A DNA stretch of 62,641 bases, filler included, from Sphacelaria rigidula (Eukaryota), in assembly GCA_964200075.2 (NCBI GenBank). It is 7 parts of 7 records of this genome, joined end to end, with 100 filler letters (N's around TTAATTAATTAA, not from the genome) between each part and the next. Parts side by side here need not be neighbours in the genome. Positions count along the whole stretch, not along the records: positions 26,891 to 35,753 come from CAXNAA020009905.1; positions 35,854 to 44,716 come from CAXNAA020009906.1; positions 44,817 to 53,679 come from CAXNAA020009907.1; 4 more parts are not named here. One strand, 5' to 3'. Below, one piece after another: positions 35,623 to 47,611 of the stretch (positions are counted from its first letter, which is position 1; every line of letters begins with the position of its first letter). Made by a program: the position numbers and the translations under genes. Below the pieces are notes generated by a model. It had not been told where the DNA came from and did no database searches. It saw only the letters and a program-made list of their open reading frames with translations.

Positions 35623-36776
35623 TTTTGAATGCGCGAAGATTGAAGTTGAGGATCGGGGGAATGGGAAGGGGGGGGGGGGGGGGGGGGGGGTGTTTTTTTT
35701 TGTTTGCGTTTTTTTTAGGGGATTGCGCCCCACCCCCCCCCCCGCTAGCAACGNNNNNNNNNNNNNNNNNNNNNNNNNNNNNNNNNNNNNNNNNNNNTTA
35801 ATTAATTAANNNNNNNNNNNNNNNNNNNNNNNNNNNNNNNNNNNNNNNNNNNNATCCCTAGGACCAGCGGTCAACTTTTTTCTCCCTTTCGGGCAATCAG
35901 GCCGAAGAAATCGTGGATTTGGTGATTCTTGGTCGCGATGATTCGTCCTAACCGTGAAAATGTTATGACACGTATCGTCTGGCACATAACTCCAAGGACT
36001 CATCGACGGCAAGTAGAACAAAGACGACCCCATCCGCTCCCCGCCCACCCATAGACCTCCTCGCGACGACCTCGGTTCTCCTTGCTTTGCTATGACTCTC
36101 GACGACATCTCCCCAACGACACAGCTATCGATGTCGTGAGCACCTGTCGCTACCACCGAAGTCGAGTTTGGACAACAGACGTGAGGGGTTGCCACACCAA
36201 CAGTAAACGACATCAATACCGTACCAAAACGAAACTACAGGCATGGCCCGAATGCCCATGACCACCCTCACCTCGCCGAATGCACAACTATCCAAGAATG
36301 GCGGAAAAATCACAGTCGCCGGCATGGCTCCAAGGTCCACGGTGTCCCCAAATTCACACCCACTGTGTTCCCCATTCGAACCCGCGACATAAACAGCAAT
36401 CAGCTAATGTGAGATAATCAATCAATCAATCGATCGATTAACATCACATACTTGCTCCATCACGTCTTCGTAATCTCGGAATCATGAAGTGGAAGACTTA
36501 TGCCCCCCCACCCCCGTCGGAATCAAAATAAAAAAATGCACTGCGGTGTTTTCATTTCCGTATAAAATTTCTTGGAGTTCTGATAAAAAAAACGTGGGAC
36601 GGGGTCTCCCACTCACAAATCTTCCCCCCCCCCCACCCCACTTTCAGGTACATACCTCTTTTGTTGCCAACCACCCTAAATCCACATGCATAACATTAAA
36701 CATAAGATAATAGCAATTTTTCGTGCGTCAACTGAGTCGTATACTCCGCCTAGGCTATTTTTCTGTACACTTACAA

Positions 36777-37255
36777 GGCCGCTCCTTGTAAGAGACAAGA
36801 ATAAAAATCTAGAAAAGTGCCTTCTTGAAGATTCTACGTCATTTTACGCCCCACAAGAGAGCTAGGCGGAGTTTGACACCTTGGAATGACTTGCCCTACT
36901 TGTTGAGGCGGTTCCAGGACATCTTCCCGTTTTCCCGTGGCCGCAGTTTTTTTATTTCGACCAAACAAGAATTTTTATCCAAGGGTAAAAAACAGTCAAA
37001 TCTAGAAGAACTCGCCGCGTTTCTCTGAACTCGACTGTTTTTGACCGTTCTTGGACAAAAATTCTTGTTTGGTCAAAATAAAAAAACTGCGGCCACGGGA
37101 AAACGGAAAGATGTCCTGGAACCGCCTCAACTAGTAGAGCAAGTCATTCCAAGGTGTCAAATTCCGCCTAGCTCTCTTTTGGGGCGTAAAATGACGTAAT
37201 TCTTCAAGAAGGCACTTTTCTAGATTTTTATTTTTGTCCATTATAAGTAGGGACC
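36777..37255. mobile_element. Fold-back MITE family A, copy 2
   Basis: About 220-bp near-perfect inverted arms; flanks caa/taa; homologous to 61254-61720. Confidence 0.85.
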
Positions 37256-37495
37256 TAACACGTCGTTTCCCCTCCTCTCGCAGCACATGCTTCTTCCATC
37301 TAGAATCTAGCATCCAGTACAGAAGCACGGAAACAATCACGCAGAGAGCCGCGGAACTCAGTGCTAGATTATTACGGGTACAATTCTGAACAAAACAGCC
37401 GATAACACGACAGCATTCGGCGTCTCTGTCGCCCCGCCACGTATCCACCGACCACCGCCTAACCCACTACAACAGTCACGCCCGATGGGTAGCAG

Positions 37496-39768
37496 TCAGT
37501 GGCGAAATTGCTTCTTGCGCGAGGGAGGGCCGTCAGCGGCACTGCCATCCTCCTCCACAGTCTCCTGGAGGTTTTTACAAAAGTATGGCCAGGTTTGAGC
37601 ATCAGGAGTATCAGGACTGAATATAAAGGCAACACCAAACGTTATCGGTGATGCGTTGCAGAGCGGAGGAAAATAAAATTCGAAAAATGTGGAGGGGGGA
37701 GGGAGGGGGGGGATTGCGAGATATATGCCCCGTAATTACCCCTTTTTGGTCTGCGCGGTGACGAGCAAGAGCGAAACCTCCTCGACGCGGGCGACGGACA
37801 ATACGGTGGGGAGTCAAATGATTCCTGGGTGATGGAAAAGAGAAGCTGTTTTTGGAAGGGAAGATATCCGCTTGTTCATTCAACAGTAGTGCAGTAGTCG
37901 TCTGTTCCGTCACCACCTACACGCCTGACTCACACATTATTCTTCACTCACCGCCGACATGTCCAGCGAAAATCGTGGAATACCTCTCGCTCGCTACATC
38001 GACTCGACACATCGACAAATTATACCACAAAACACAACACATTCTGTAGCAGAAACCTTTTCCAACCATAAAAAAAAGTCCAACCGCCACAGTGACCATG
38101 TAGAACCTGCCACACCCCCCAACTCATTCCGTTGAGAGGAAACACACACATACACCCACTCAAATACAAACGACACACACATAACACACACGTACCTCCT
38201 CCTCCTCCTCCTCCTCCTCCTCGCGAGGACGCTTCGTCGACGACCCGCGGGTGTCGGAACCTCCCTCGTGCTGCTCGACGTTGTCTCCACCGGGGCTTCC
38301 CTTCACCGCTATCGCTCCGTAGGTAGATCGCCGGGACAAGAACAACTCCGGAGGTAGGAACGACATCGGCAGCATGTCGGTCCAGGTACGCGGATCAGAT
38401 GGCCGGCCGTCCACACCGTCGAACAACCCGCCCGTCTCTGCAAGAAGCGCCCCTGCCGGATAGTCGTTCGGCGGAGGAGAAGGCAGCGACGGCGACGATA
38501 GCGATGGAGAAACACGAGAACGGGACCCAAAAGGCGGTGAAGGAACGGGCAAAAGAGCCATCTCGGCGACGACCGAGGGGATGCCGCGGGCGCCGGCATC
38601 GCTTGCTGCTGGACGCGCCCACTTGCGTCGCGCGTTACCACCGCCGGCGGCCGGGTAGATGCTGTTCGTATCGTTTCGGCTAGAAGTGAGGCCGTTCATG
38701 TTGGTGTCGGAGTGGAGTGAAGTGGAGACAGGATTGGACAGCGGTGCGGCCTGTCAGATAGTCGAGGACCGGGGCCAAAGGTGAAAGGGAGGATTATCAG
38801 GGGTGCACACACGAAAGCGTCAAAGGTTGGACATGTATCATGTCATTTTTATTATTGTTGTTATTATTGTTGTTATTATTGTTGTTATTATTGTTGTTAT
38901 TATTGTTGTTATTATTGTTGTTATTATTATTACTACTGTTATTATTATCATCATGATTGTTATTATTATTATCATCATGATTTTTATGATTATTATGATT
39001 ATTATGATTATTATGATTATTATGATTATTATGATTATTATGATTATTATGATTATTACGTTCGTTACATTAGCTCCATCTCTCGAACCCGTGGTCACCG
39101 AGTCCAAGGAGCATACCACCTATACAGTACCCCATAAATCAAAATAGCCCGCAGAGGAAGGCAAGAAACAAAACATCTACACATGTAATACTGCGGTATG
39201 TGTGCTCAGAAGTTGAACGATATTTCATCCCTCGATGACCAACTGACCCACTGACACCAAAAGATCTGTATCTTCCACAAAATGAAGCGAAGGAACAGGA
39301 GAAAAGACGAACAGGTAGGTTCGCGAAAACGTTTAAATGTCACCTCATCAGCGGTGCCGTATTCCTCCACATTCCCCTGCCTTCGCTCATCGTCTTCTTC
39401 TTCGTCTTCGCCGTACTCCCGCGAGTGTTTACCAAGCAAGCTGGTACCCTCGCCGACAACTGTCGGTCGGCCTGTAACTCTAGCGCTGTTGCTGTCTGCA
39501 GGATCGTTGTTGGCGCTGTCGGGGTTGCTTGTTTCGCTGTTCGCGTCACAGCCGACGGAACCACACGGCGCTTCTGCCGCAGCGGTCTTCTTGGCCTCCA
39601 GCTGTGCCTCGTGGCGCTTCCGGGCAAGGCGCTGGGCGGCCAAGGCCTTCGCGGTCTCGCGCTGAAACCTGAGGCTTCGGGCGCTGACCGGCTCATCTTT
39701 GCGGCGGCGTCGGCGGGAGGTACGCTTGGAGGCGGTCGACGTAGAGGAAGATCCAGCTCGATTGTTTC
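37496..39768 (-). CDS. 3' part of a gene for a low-complexity, charged, probably nuclear protein of unknown function
   Basis: Phase-consistent exons 39768-39344, 38750-38196 and terminal 37564-37496 (ETVEEDGSAADGPPSRKKQFRH*). Basic runs (SRRRRRK) and poly-Glu. Confidence 0.7.
38848..39100 (-). repeat. Expanded compound (AAT)-derived microsatellite forming the tail of a retroposon 3' end
   Basis: (ttattattgttg)n then (attattatg)n, abutting acattagctccatctctcgaacccgtggtca. Confidence 0.85.
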
Positions 39769-41134
39769 CTGCGGGGGAGAGGAGAAGGGACCAGCAGCCG
39801 TCAAAGTTCCGACAGGTTTGATGAGCACAAGGTTGGCGGCATGTATATATGCTCAGAGGTGATCGACGACGATCATAGGCCGGGTTTCCAACGGCGGTTA
39901 CAAAATCCACCAGCACGGAGGGAAACGGGGGAACGGCCGGTACAGCAGCTGAAAGCGGAAGGGGCGAGTTGGTCGGAAAAACAACCCGACGACGACGACG
40001 GGATTTTGACGTTTTCCGATGGAGGATGGAGAACGTACCGCAGCGGCGGTACGTGCGACTTGTGAATATCATATTCGTGCGTTTGAGACAATCGGCATAT
40101 TGCTTCCCAGAAAAATACAGAGTACAAGATCACGGACACGCAAAAATCTCAACGACGAACCAACCATGAACCAATGTACAGCCCACCAGACGGACGATTA
40201 CTTGATTCATCAATCAGTCATCCACGTTACACATGGATCAATGATTGAAGGTAATACTTGAAGAGCTGTACAATGGTTGATGAATGCGTCAACTTTGCTT
40301 GCTGCATTTGTTTTTTGTTTTGTTTTCTGTCTTTCGCTGTGCTCGCTCGGTGCGTCGCCCGCATATGTTTGGGCATCTAACGTGGGAGTACACCGTCATA
40401 CGATATGACAGCCGCGAAATACAAAATACACATCATGTAAACGAACGCGCAAACGCAAAAATAGAAAACGAGGTAGAGTGTGGCTCGTGCGTTCGGAACG
40501 CGTTTATTTTCTATCTAAGAGAGCGAGCACAACATCACCAATTCGCACCAGGATGGGTGCGGAAGCAAGAGAGCAATGCAGCGCGAATACTTCATCGGAT
40601 CGGGCTCGCTGCTCGATCAACCTCGACTCCACTTCTCACATGATAATCGAGATCAACCTTGTCGTAGGCATCAAACGACTGCTGCTGTAATTCACCGCGG
40701 AGACGACGCATCGTCCCTGAATTTCACAACAAGGCTGATTTCTACATATGTCAAAATTAAGGAAGCACAGCGCGAACGGTCAACTCTACATCACTATACG
40801 GAACCCTTATACCCCTCTGCCGTCCTCTGGGTTGCTAACGTTTGTTTTTAGCTAGCAAGTGTCGTGATGTTGGCTAACGATGTTCCAGTGGGGAATCTAC
40901 TTCATCGGCGGGTTTCTATTTGTTCTCCATCTAATCATTTTCTCCTCCTTTCTCCCTCCCTTCTTTCCTCTGTTCTTCCTCCCTCACCACCCTCAAGTTT
41001 GTTTTGTTTTGCTAATAATTTTGTAGGAATGCAGGTGTCTCGCTCCTACAGAGCTCGCGGGTGAGACTTCATCTTCCAACAGTGTGGTTCCCAAACAGCT
41101 GAGGGGCACCCTGCGCCCAGGGCATTCTCCCCCC

Positions 41135-41201
41135 GTGCTCCGTCTCGAAAGGGATGCGTGGTCAATGGCCAGACGACTAAGGCAAGCAACACATGAGAAC
41201 G
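41135..41201 (+). mobile_element. 67-bp 5'-truncated copy of the poly(C)-associated LINE
   Basis: C6 on the left (41129-41134) and C10 on the right (41202-41211). Confidence 0.8.
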
Positions 41202-41369
41202 CCCCCCCCCCGTTTATTTCACGTGACTACGGCATGCAAGCACCACTACACCCCCTTTTTTTCAACTGATCTTGTACGGCCCCCTCACCTTAACCCATGC
41301 GGCAGGGGCCGCTCATCCTCTGTCTTCCAGTTTTTTCAAAGCGGGACGGGTACAAGATATATTTTGGCG

Positions 41370-41678
41370 CAATTTCTCTTTCCCTTCTCTTCGTGTTTCT
41401 TCTCTTTTTCTCCTCTCTGCTATATACTGTGTATGTGAGTGTGGGGGTACTGTATGTATTCTTGTTTGCTGTTTTGTTTCAATGCTGTCTAGTTTTCAGC
41501 TCACTTTGTCCTCTGTATTTTCATTTCTCTCTCCTTTTTCGAGCTTCTTTCAGCGAGAGTTTCCGTATATGTCTACCTTAGGTAAATCTATCTGCTGACC
41601 ACGACTGGATTCCGAGGGAAATACTTGATGTGCGACAATCAATGAATCAATGAATCAATGAATCAATGAATCAATCAA
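41370..41678 (+). mobile_element. 3' end of AATC/AATG-tailed retroposon
   Basis: Pyrimidine-rich body, tgaccacgactggatt, then (aatcaatg)n. Confidence 0.55.
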
Positions 41679-41795
41679 AATAATCGAGAAGATAGCGGAA
41701 TGTGATGTGGCGTCGAATTTCATCATATTGGCAAAAATCTCTTCTACCGCCTTGAGGCAGGTTCGGGTCAAGTTCTTCAAATTTCAACCAAGTTA

Positions 41796-43026
41796 CGAGC
41801 TGGGCCAGCCTTCAAACGGATTCAAGCTCGAAAAGCAATATCTCATCGACATAGACGAGTTGGGCCGTGATCGGCATATCGTATTAATCGTCTAATCAAG
41901 GGGAAGGTGCCCATCTGCTTAAAATTTTGGGCCCATATTTTCTCGTTGATTAAATCCCATGTCTAGTAATTCCTATACAAAAGGGAGATAGCGCCTATAC
42001 TGAAATCTCTATGGAACCCCCGATCAATGCATTGAGCGGATGACAACGAATTTTGGTGTGGACATTCTCTGGAGCAAGGGGAGACGATAGATACCTTCAC
42101 CTTCACCTAATTCGTTATCTATCCCGAGATATGGCGCACATAAGTTTCTACACTGAAATCAATATATTACGAGCAGAGGCACTAGATGCCCTGAATCTGG
42201 ATGTCGCGTCTCAGTTTTCAAGAGTTGTTGCATAAAATTTCGTGTGGTGAACCGCTAGTGCATAATAGAAATGAGTATGAACAGTTTGTTACCTCTTGAA
42301 CTTTTTCTTCATTTTTTTTTTCATTTTTTTAGTGTTTCTAGTGGTGTTTTGAGGAGAAATGTACATCGCTGGTAGGCCTTATCTCAATGTTTAGGCTCAA
42401 GTTTTAGAATTTTGATCTAAAAGTTAGCATGGAGGACCACAAAAGAGTGCCGGATAGGAAAAAAAAATGGGCCTTCATTTTTTTCTTTTTTCATGGAGGT
42501 TAGGGCGCTATCGTGAAGAAATGGTCTTTACTATACCAAGACGCCCTCAACCAGTGGGAAAATAACTTAAAAAAAATCTTGACCACTGAGTTTTGTTAAT
42601 TATGCGCTGACGAGGGCCCACACAAAAAAAAATCAATACACAACAACCAAACGTGGGCCGGTGAGTGGCCTGCGAAATACTGTTCCGAATTCCTACCGAT
42701 CCGATTCTTAAAAGGCGAATGCGCCGGGCACTATTTGGAGTTGAACCCTGAAATTTGGTATGGACAATGCATGGAGCATAATAAAAAATCGGGAAGAAGC
42801 ACATGAAGTTTTTTTTTTTTCGTGGGGTAAGGGCAATAATCAGTTTTCAAGTTTCAGCAAAACGCCCTTAACTCACGAAAAACAAACAAAAACCTTCATG
42901 TGCTTCTTCCCGATTTTTTATTATGCCCTGTGCATTATCCATACCGAATTTCAGGGTCTAACTCCAAATATTGCCCGGCGCATTCGCCTGCAAACTTTCA
43001 TGCAGCCTCTAGGCTGGCCCAGCTCG
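41796..43026 (+). mobile_element. Tc1/mariner-like non-autonomous element (family B), TA TSD, with internal hairpin of about 270 bp
   Basis: TA|CGAGCTGGGCCAGCCT ... AGGCTGGCCCAGCTCG|TA. Inverted arms about 42715-42830 / 42865-42990. Homologous to 52524-53381 in opposite orientation. Confidence 0.85.
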
Positions 43027-43329
43027 TATAGAATGTCAAAATTGGGAATCGTGGCCATCACTGCACCATTTTGCCATCAACGATATGCGTTTCAGTAGTA
43101 GTCATAGTACTAGCAGTAGTAGTAGTAGTAGTAATAGTAAGAGTAGCAGCATCAGAAGTAGCACCAGTAGGATGAGGAGGAGAATTACCAGTACCAGTAC
43201 CAGTACCAGTAATGGTATTACAAACAGCGGCTGTACCTGCTGCAGGAACCTTCAGGAGCGGGTACTCAATCCAGAATGGTTGGCACCAAAATTGACGGCA
43301 CAAACGCCGAGGCAGATCAAAAATCGAGC

Positions 43330-44040
43330 ACCGTGCCCAATCCTCATCATTTGAGCCTCCTAGCATGGAGAACCATGTCTGCCCGTCATTCCATCAAGCG
43401 ACCGTCATGCCGATTCAACGAAGAAATGGACAACCGTGGGCCATTGTTTGAAGGTTCAATACTATTATACTACCAAAAATCGTGTGTAAGAACGAGCAAC
43501 AAGTTTTCAAGCCTCGGGGGCAAGGTGCCTCAACTCACCACGGCCAGACGATGATGCGGCAACCGAACGATCGGCAGTAGCAGCAGGGGGCGACGTAGCG
43601 GCCGCCGGACTAGTCGAAGCCGACGTGGATGAAGAAGCACGAGACGGTGGAGCAGCAGCCGCGACGGCCCGAGCAGCGGTAACACCAGAGCGTGAAGCCG
43701 CGGGCGTCGCTGCCATCGCACCGAGCGAGCCAGCATTGCCGGCTGCTGAACCCGACGGAACACCACCTCCACCAGCAGAAGCATCAGCCTCCCGAATGAA
43801 ACGGACAGACCGCGCCCGAGCGTGATGAAGCCGACGAACACTCGACCTGCTGTATGAAGCGGTGAGGCGAGGATCTTCTGGGTAGTCGAGCTGGCGAGGT
43901 GCTGGCTGAACGGGCGGCGGTGGGGATCGCATGTCCGCGACCTGCGGCGAGGCGATGCTCCCGGCCGGCATCATGTCCACCTGCGCGAAGACGAGGTCCA
44001 ATTGTGATTTTGAGGGTATACGAACGGTATATAGCACCTC
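43330..44040 (-). mobile_element. Possible 5' relic of an LTR retrotransposon (Ala/Pro-rich ORF then degenerate gag-like start), or an exon of an unknown gene
   Basis: ORF 43507-44037 followed by interrupted ...RLSISSLNRHDGRLME*RADMVLHARR. No LTR or PBS identified. Confidence 0.3.
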
Positions 44041-44641
44041 TCATTCAAAGTAGCCTGGGTTGTTGTGGAAGGTTTTCTCGCGCACTACTCTTCGATAGAA
44101 CTCGAAAGTGCTAGCGTCGGTACATTTTGATAAAGTAAACAGATCGTCCTCAAAACACAGTGCCCAAGTTAGTGATAGTTGGTGCTGTCAGGGGATATTG
44201 AGGGTGTTACTGACCGTGAAACACAGTTTTTCAGCTCTGGTGCAATGAGCAGGTAATAGAAATTCAAAAAGCAAGTCTTTTCATTCCTTCACAAAGACGA
44301 TTGGGACAGGCTCGATCGACCGAAAATACCGAAGAGTCGGAATCTGGGGCTGAAAGTGGCACAACCCCCGATGACCGGTCAGCCCGTGAGTCACTCAATA
44401 TTGAGTACAGATGAAAAAACAAATCTTGGAATGTGGAGCGGATACTAGTATTTTCAGATCCCCGACGTGATGAGCGGTGGCAAGCGAAAAAAACTAAGAA
44501 AATCGCCAATTACGAAGAAATCACCAAATATCCTACTCTGTACGTGAGGTATTTACTATACGACGAAACACGAGCACAAGCCGATCAGATTACTGCTATA
44601 CAACGCTTGTCTTGCGTGACGTGTGTGTAAGCACAGGGCAA

Positions 44642-44716
44642 TTATTATTATCATTATTATTATTATTATTTCCGCACATTAGTCCGATCTCGAGAACCCG
44701 TGGTCACAGACGTAGG
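44642..44716 (-). mobile_element. 3' end of (AAT)n-tailed retroposon at contig end
   Basis: Near-identical to 17756-17827. Confidence 0.75.
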
Positions 44717-44816
44717 NNNNNNNNNNNNNNNNNNNNNNNNNNNNNNNNNNNNNNNNNNNNTTAATTAATTAANNNNNNNNNNNNNNNNNNNNNNNNNNNN
44801 NNNNNNNNNNNNNNNN

Positions 44817-44896
44817 CACGCATCCCTTTCGAGACGGAGCACCGTTCCTACTCCTAGTAGAGACACCTCCAACATTCTGGCACTCATACCCGTAGA
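44817..44896 (-). mobile_element. Fragment of the poly(C)-associated LINE at contig start
   Basis: Encodes NVGGVSTRSRNGAPSRKGCV; G6 run at 44897-44902 marks the truncated 5' side. Confidence 0.7.
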
Positions 44897-45068
44897 GGGG
44901 GGCTACTCGTAGAGCGACTTCCGCCGCCGGTTGAGCCATGAGCAGGACGAACAAGCTGTCGTTGTTTCCTTCACCAGACAGTAAGATACAGTCGTCGTTC
45001 CACATCCCACCCGACTTCGGGCATCCAATTTTGGCGTGCGTGCTCTACTCCAAATCAAGGGTACATAC

Positions 45069-47611
45069 CTGTAACACCCCAGGAAAAGTACTGATGAGCT
45101 GTTGGCTTTCGATATTTGCACCTCCAACACCGCCGCCGCTGTGGTGTTGCTGCGGAATAGCGATCCCTAGCTCTCCTCCCATCCCTGAGTTCTCAACGCC
45201 TGCCCCCCCGGCCCCGGGCCCCACGACCTGCGGATATCCCAAGGGAGTTATCACGGCAGATGATCCACGAGAAGGACTAGCCAACCCTCCGCGACAGGTC
45301 GCTGCAGAGGACGATGGGGGGAGTTCTCTGGAGCGACCACCGGCAGATGATGGCGTAGGGCGCCGCTGCTGAGAATTCAATGCCAATGACGACAAGCCCC
45401 CCGGTGTGTTATGTGTGAGCACGCCTGCCACGGTGGAGCCACCGCCCCCACTACCGCTTCCGCTGATTCGACCTACATTTGGTGATACCACGCCGCCGCC
45501 GCCGCCGCCGCCGCCGCGGTTGCCGGAGGAAGAGGATGACAGATCGATTTGTTTGCCACGAGGCTGTTGTGTTTCTTCATGGGGCCGCGCTCGACGCGCG
45601 GCGTACTTGGTTCCCTTTGCGGGGCCTGATTTTTTCTTCACGCTGCGTGTGCAGTTCTTGTTTCTCCTGGAAAAGCCGCAAGTGTTGAAGGGTAATGTTT
45701 TCCCTTTTCTTTGTTGTAGGTTGCATCTACGAAAATGCCGCATGCGCTAGATATTATTATCATAGTGCGGTACGATGCAGCAGTGCATAAGGCCACCGCA
45801 TCGACAAACGCACTATAAACCCGGAACCTTGAGCATGCGAAGGTGCAACCAAGAGTCAGCCGTGTACAACCCCGACTTTCATGTACTCGTAATCATCGCA
45901 CTTCTGGAGAATATACTACTGCCTGTACGATGTACTACTACTATTATACTAAATGTACGGAGCTGGAAACATCCAAGGACAGTGGCGACCTTGTCAACAT
46001 GCTCGATGATCGCAGTGACGTTTAGCGGGTGAGCTACAACCACGAAGATAACCTGCGTACCGTATCATACAGCACACTAGGTACAAGCAAGGGTACAACT
46101 ACTAATAGTGCAACACCGACGGTCCGTAGAGGACGACAGAACTTGAACTAAAATTGGGAATTTTAAAACACGGATCCGCGTGTAGGAAAAGGAACGAGGA
46201 AGGTGTTTCAGAGTGATCTCAAGAAGACACTGTACTATACCGTGAACAGTGCATGTGTCAAAGGAGGCACGACGAAATGTGGCGTCTTATTCCTCGAGTC
46301 TTGGATGTATAGATTGCACCAACGAACAAGCGCGTTTCACCAGAGGAACGGATTGTACCTTGTGCAGAGCTCGCAGGGAGTCTTGCCGTCGCATGCTCGC
46401 TTCATTCTAACGCAGTAGTCGCACGACCTTCGCATCTTCGGAAGCTCAGCATCATCTTCACCAGTCTGCAAGCGGGGAAATCACCAAGCATATATCACCC
46501 CCCCCCCGCAAAAAAAAAAGAGAACAAGAATTCGACCAGACGTTGAATACTTCTGATCATGCAGCGCTGGATGTCACATGAGTCACAGGCGGGGTGTTTT
46601 CTGTTTGCCGAAAGAGATGGGGAACAAGATACACCTTTCACGTTACAACCTCATTACAATATCTCATCGTCATGCACCCACCGGTGCCCGCGGTAACCTA
46701 GACGGGTTTGCGAGGTTGTCCCTACGAAGGAGGCACCCTAAATGAGCAAGTCACGCACACGCACCTTGTCTTAGTCTCGCAAAAACAGGGAAGCAAAGAC
46801 AACACAATCCTGTCAACTACACTTGTACTGTACTGCTGCTCTGCTACAGACTGGGGAGAACAACCGGTGCAGGGTACGCACCAAACATAAGGAGACCACA
46901 CCCTGCCCGCTTCACCATGGTGCAGCTCTAACGGTTGGCGATTCGGAATTCCACCACACACAGTACAAGAGAGTCGACGAGCGTAAACACTATAAAATAT
47001 CAATGACTCAAAGGCACACCGAGTCCCAGCGCGTCCAGTGCTCAGCAATGATACCTTTTGTGCATGAAGCGATCACGCATGACAAACGGCAGTTGTGGAA
47101 ACATCGGGAGAAGTGGGGAACCGAGTCGAGGACGCCGCACGCCATCACGGGCGGTCCGTCTATTTTATTTTTTTTGGTCTGCTGAAAAAAACAAGCTCGA
47201 AACGAGCGACATGAAAAAAGCGCGGAGGGTTTTTCCCCGTCGCAGACAAAACGCATGCACTGATCTTCCCTGGTACGTGAAATGACAGTACCGATGGTCA
47301 CTGACAAACCATATACAACTTGTTATGCAATTACATCCACCGCTGTACGTGTAACTCACATTGGTCGAAGAGGTTCCGGATGGGGCTGGCGAAGACAAAC
47401 CTCGACCAGATCTCGGGTTTTGGTACATCTCACTGTTATTGTTGCCATCGATTGTGGACAATCGATCGCTGCTATTGCAACGCCCACCACCCCAACCTCC
47501 GCCTTCACCTCCGTCACCATCACCACCACCACCAACGATCGTAGAGGGAGGAATCCTGCCCGCTGACTTCGCACAACTTCGCCGCGTTCGCGGCTGTTGT
47601 TCATCGCTCAT
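45069..47611 (-). CDS. Zn(II)2Cys6 (Gal4-type zinc cluster) transcription factor, 3'-partial
   Basis: Exons 47611-47360, 46465-46359 and 45666-45069 in phase. Spliced motif RRSCDYCVRMKRACDGKTPCELCTR|RNKNCTRSVKKKSGPAKG fits C-x2-C-x6-C-x5-C-x2-C-x6-C plus a basic linker. Confidence 0.92.

Noticed and set aside
38781-39147. Poly-Ile, Tyr/Asp and Tyr/Cys ORFs
   Set aside because: Translations of an intronic microsatellite.
23960-47611. Apparent cluster of LOV sensor, glycosyltransferase and zinc-cluster regulator
   Set aside because: The three genes are on separate contigs joined artificially; there is no evidence of linkage.
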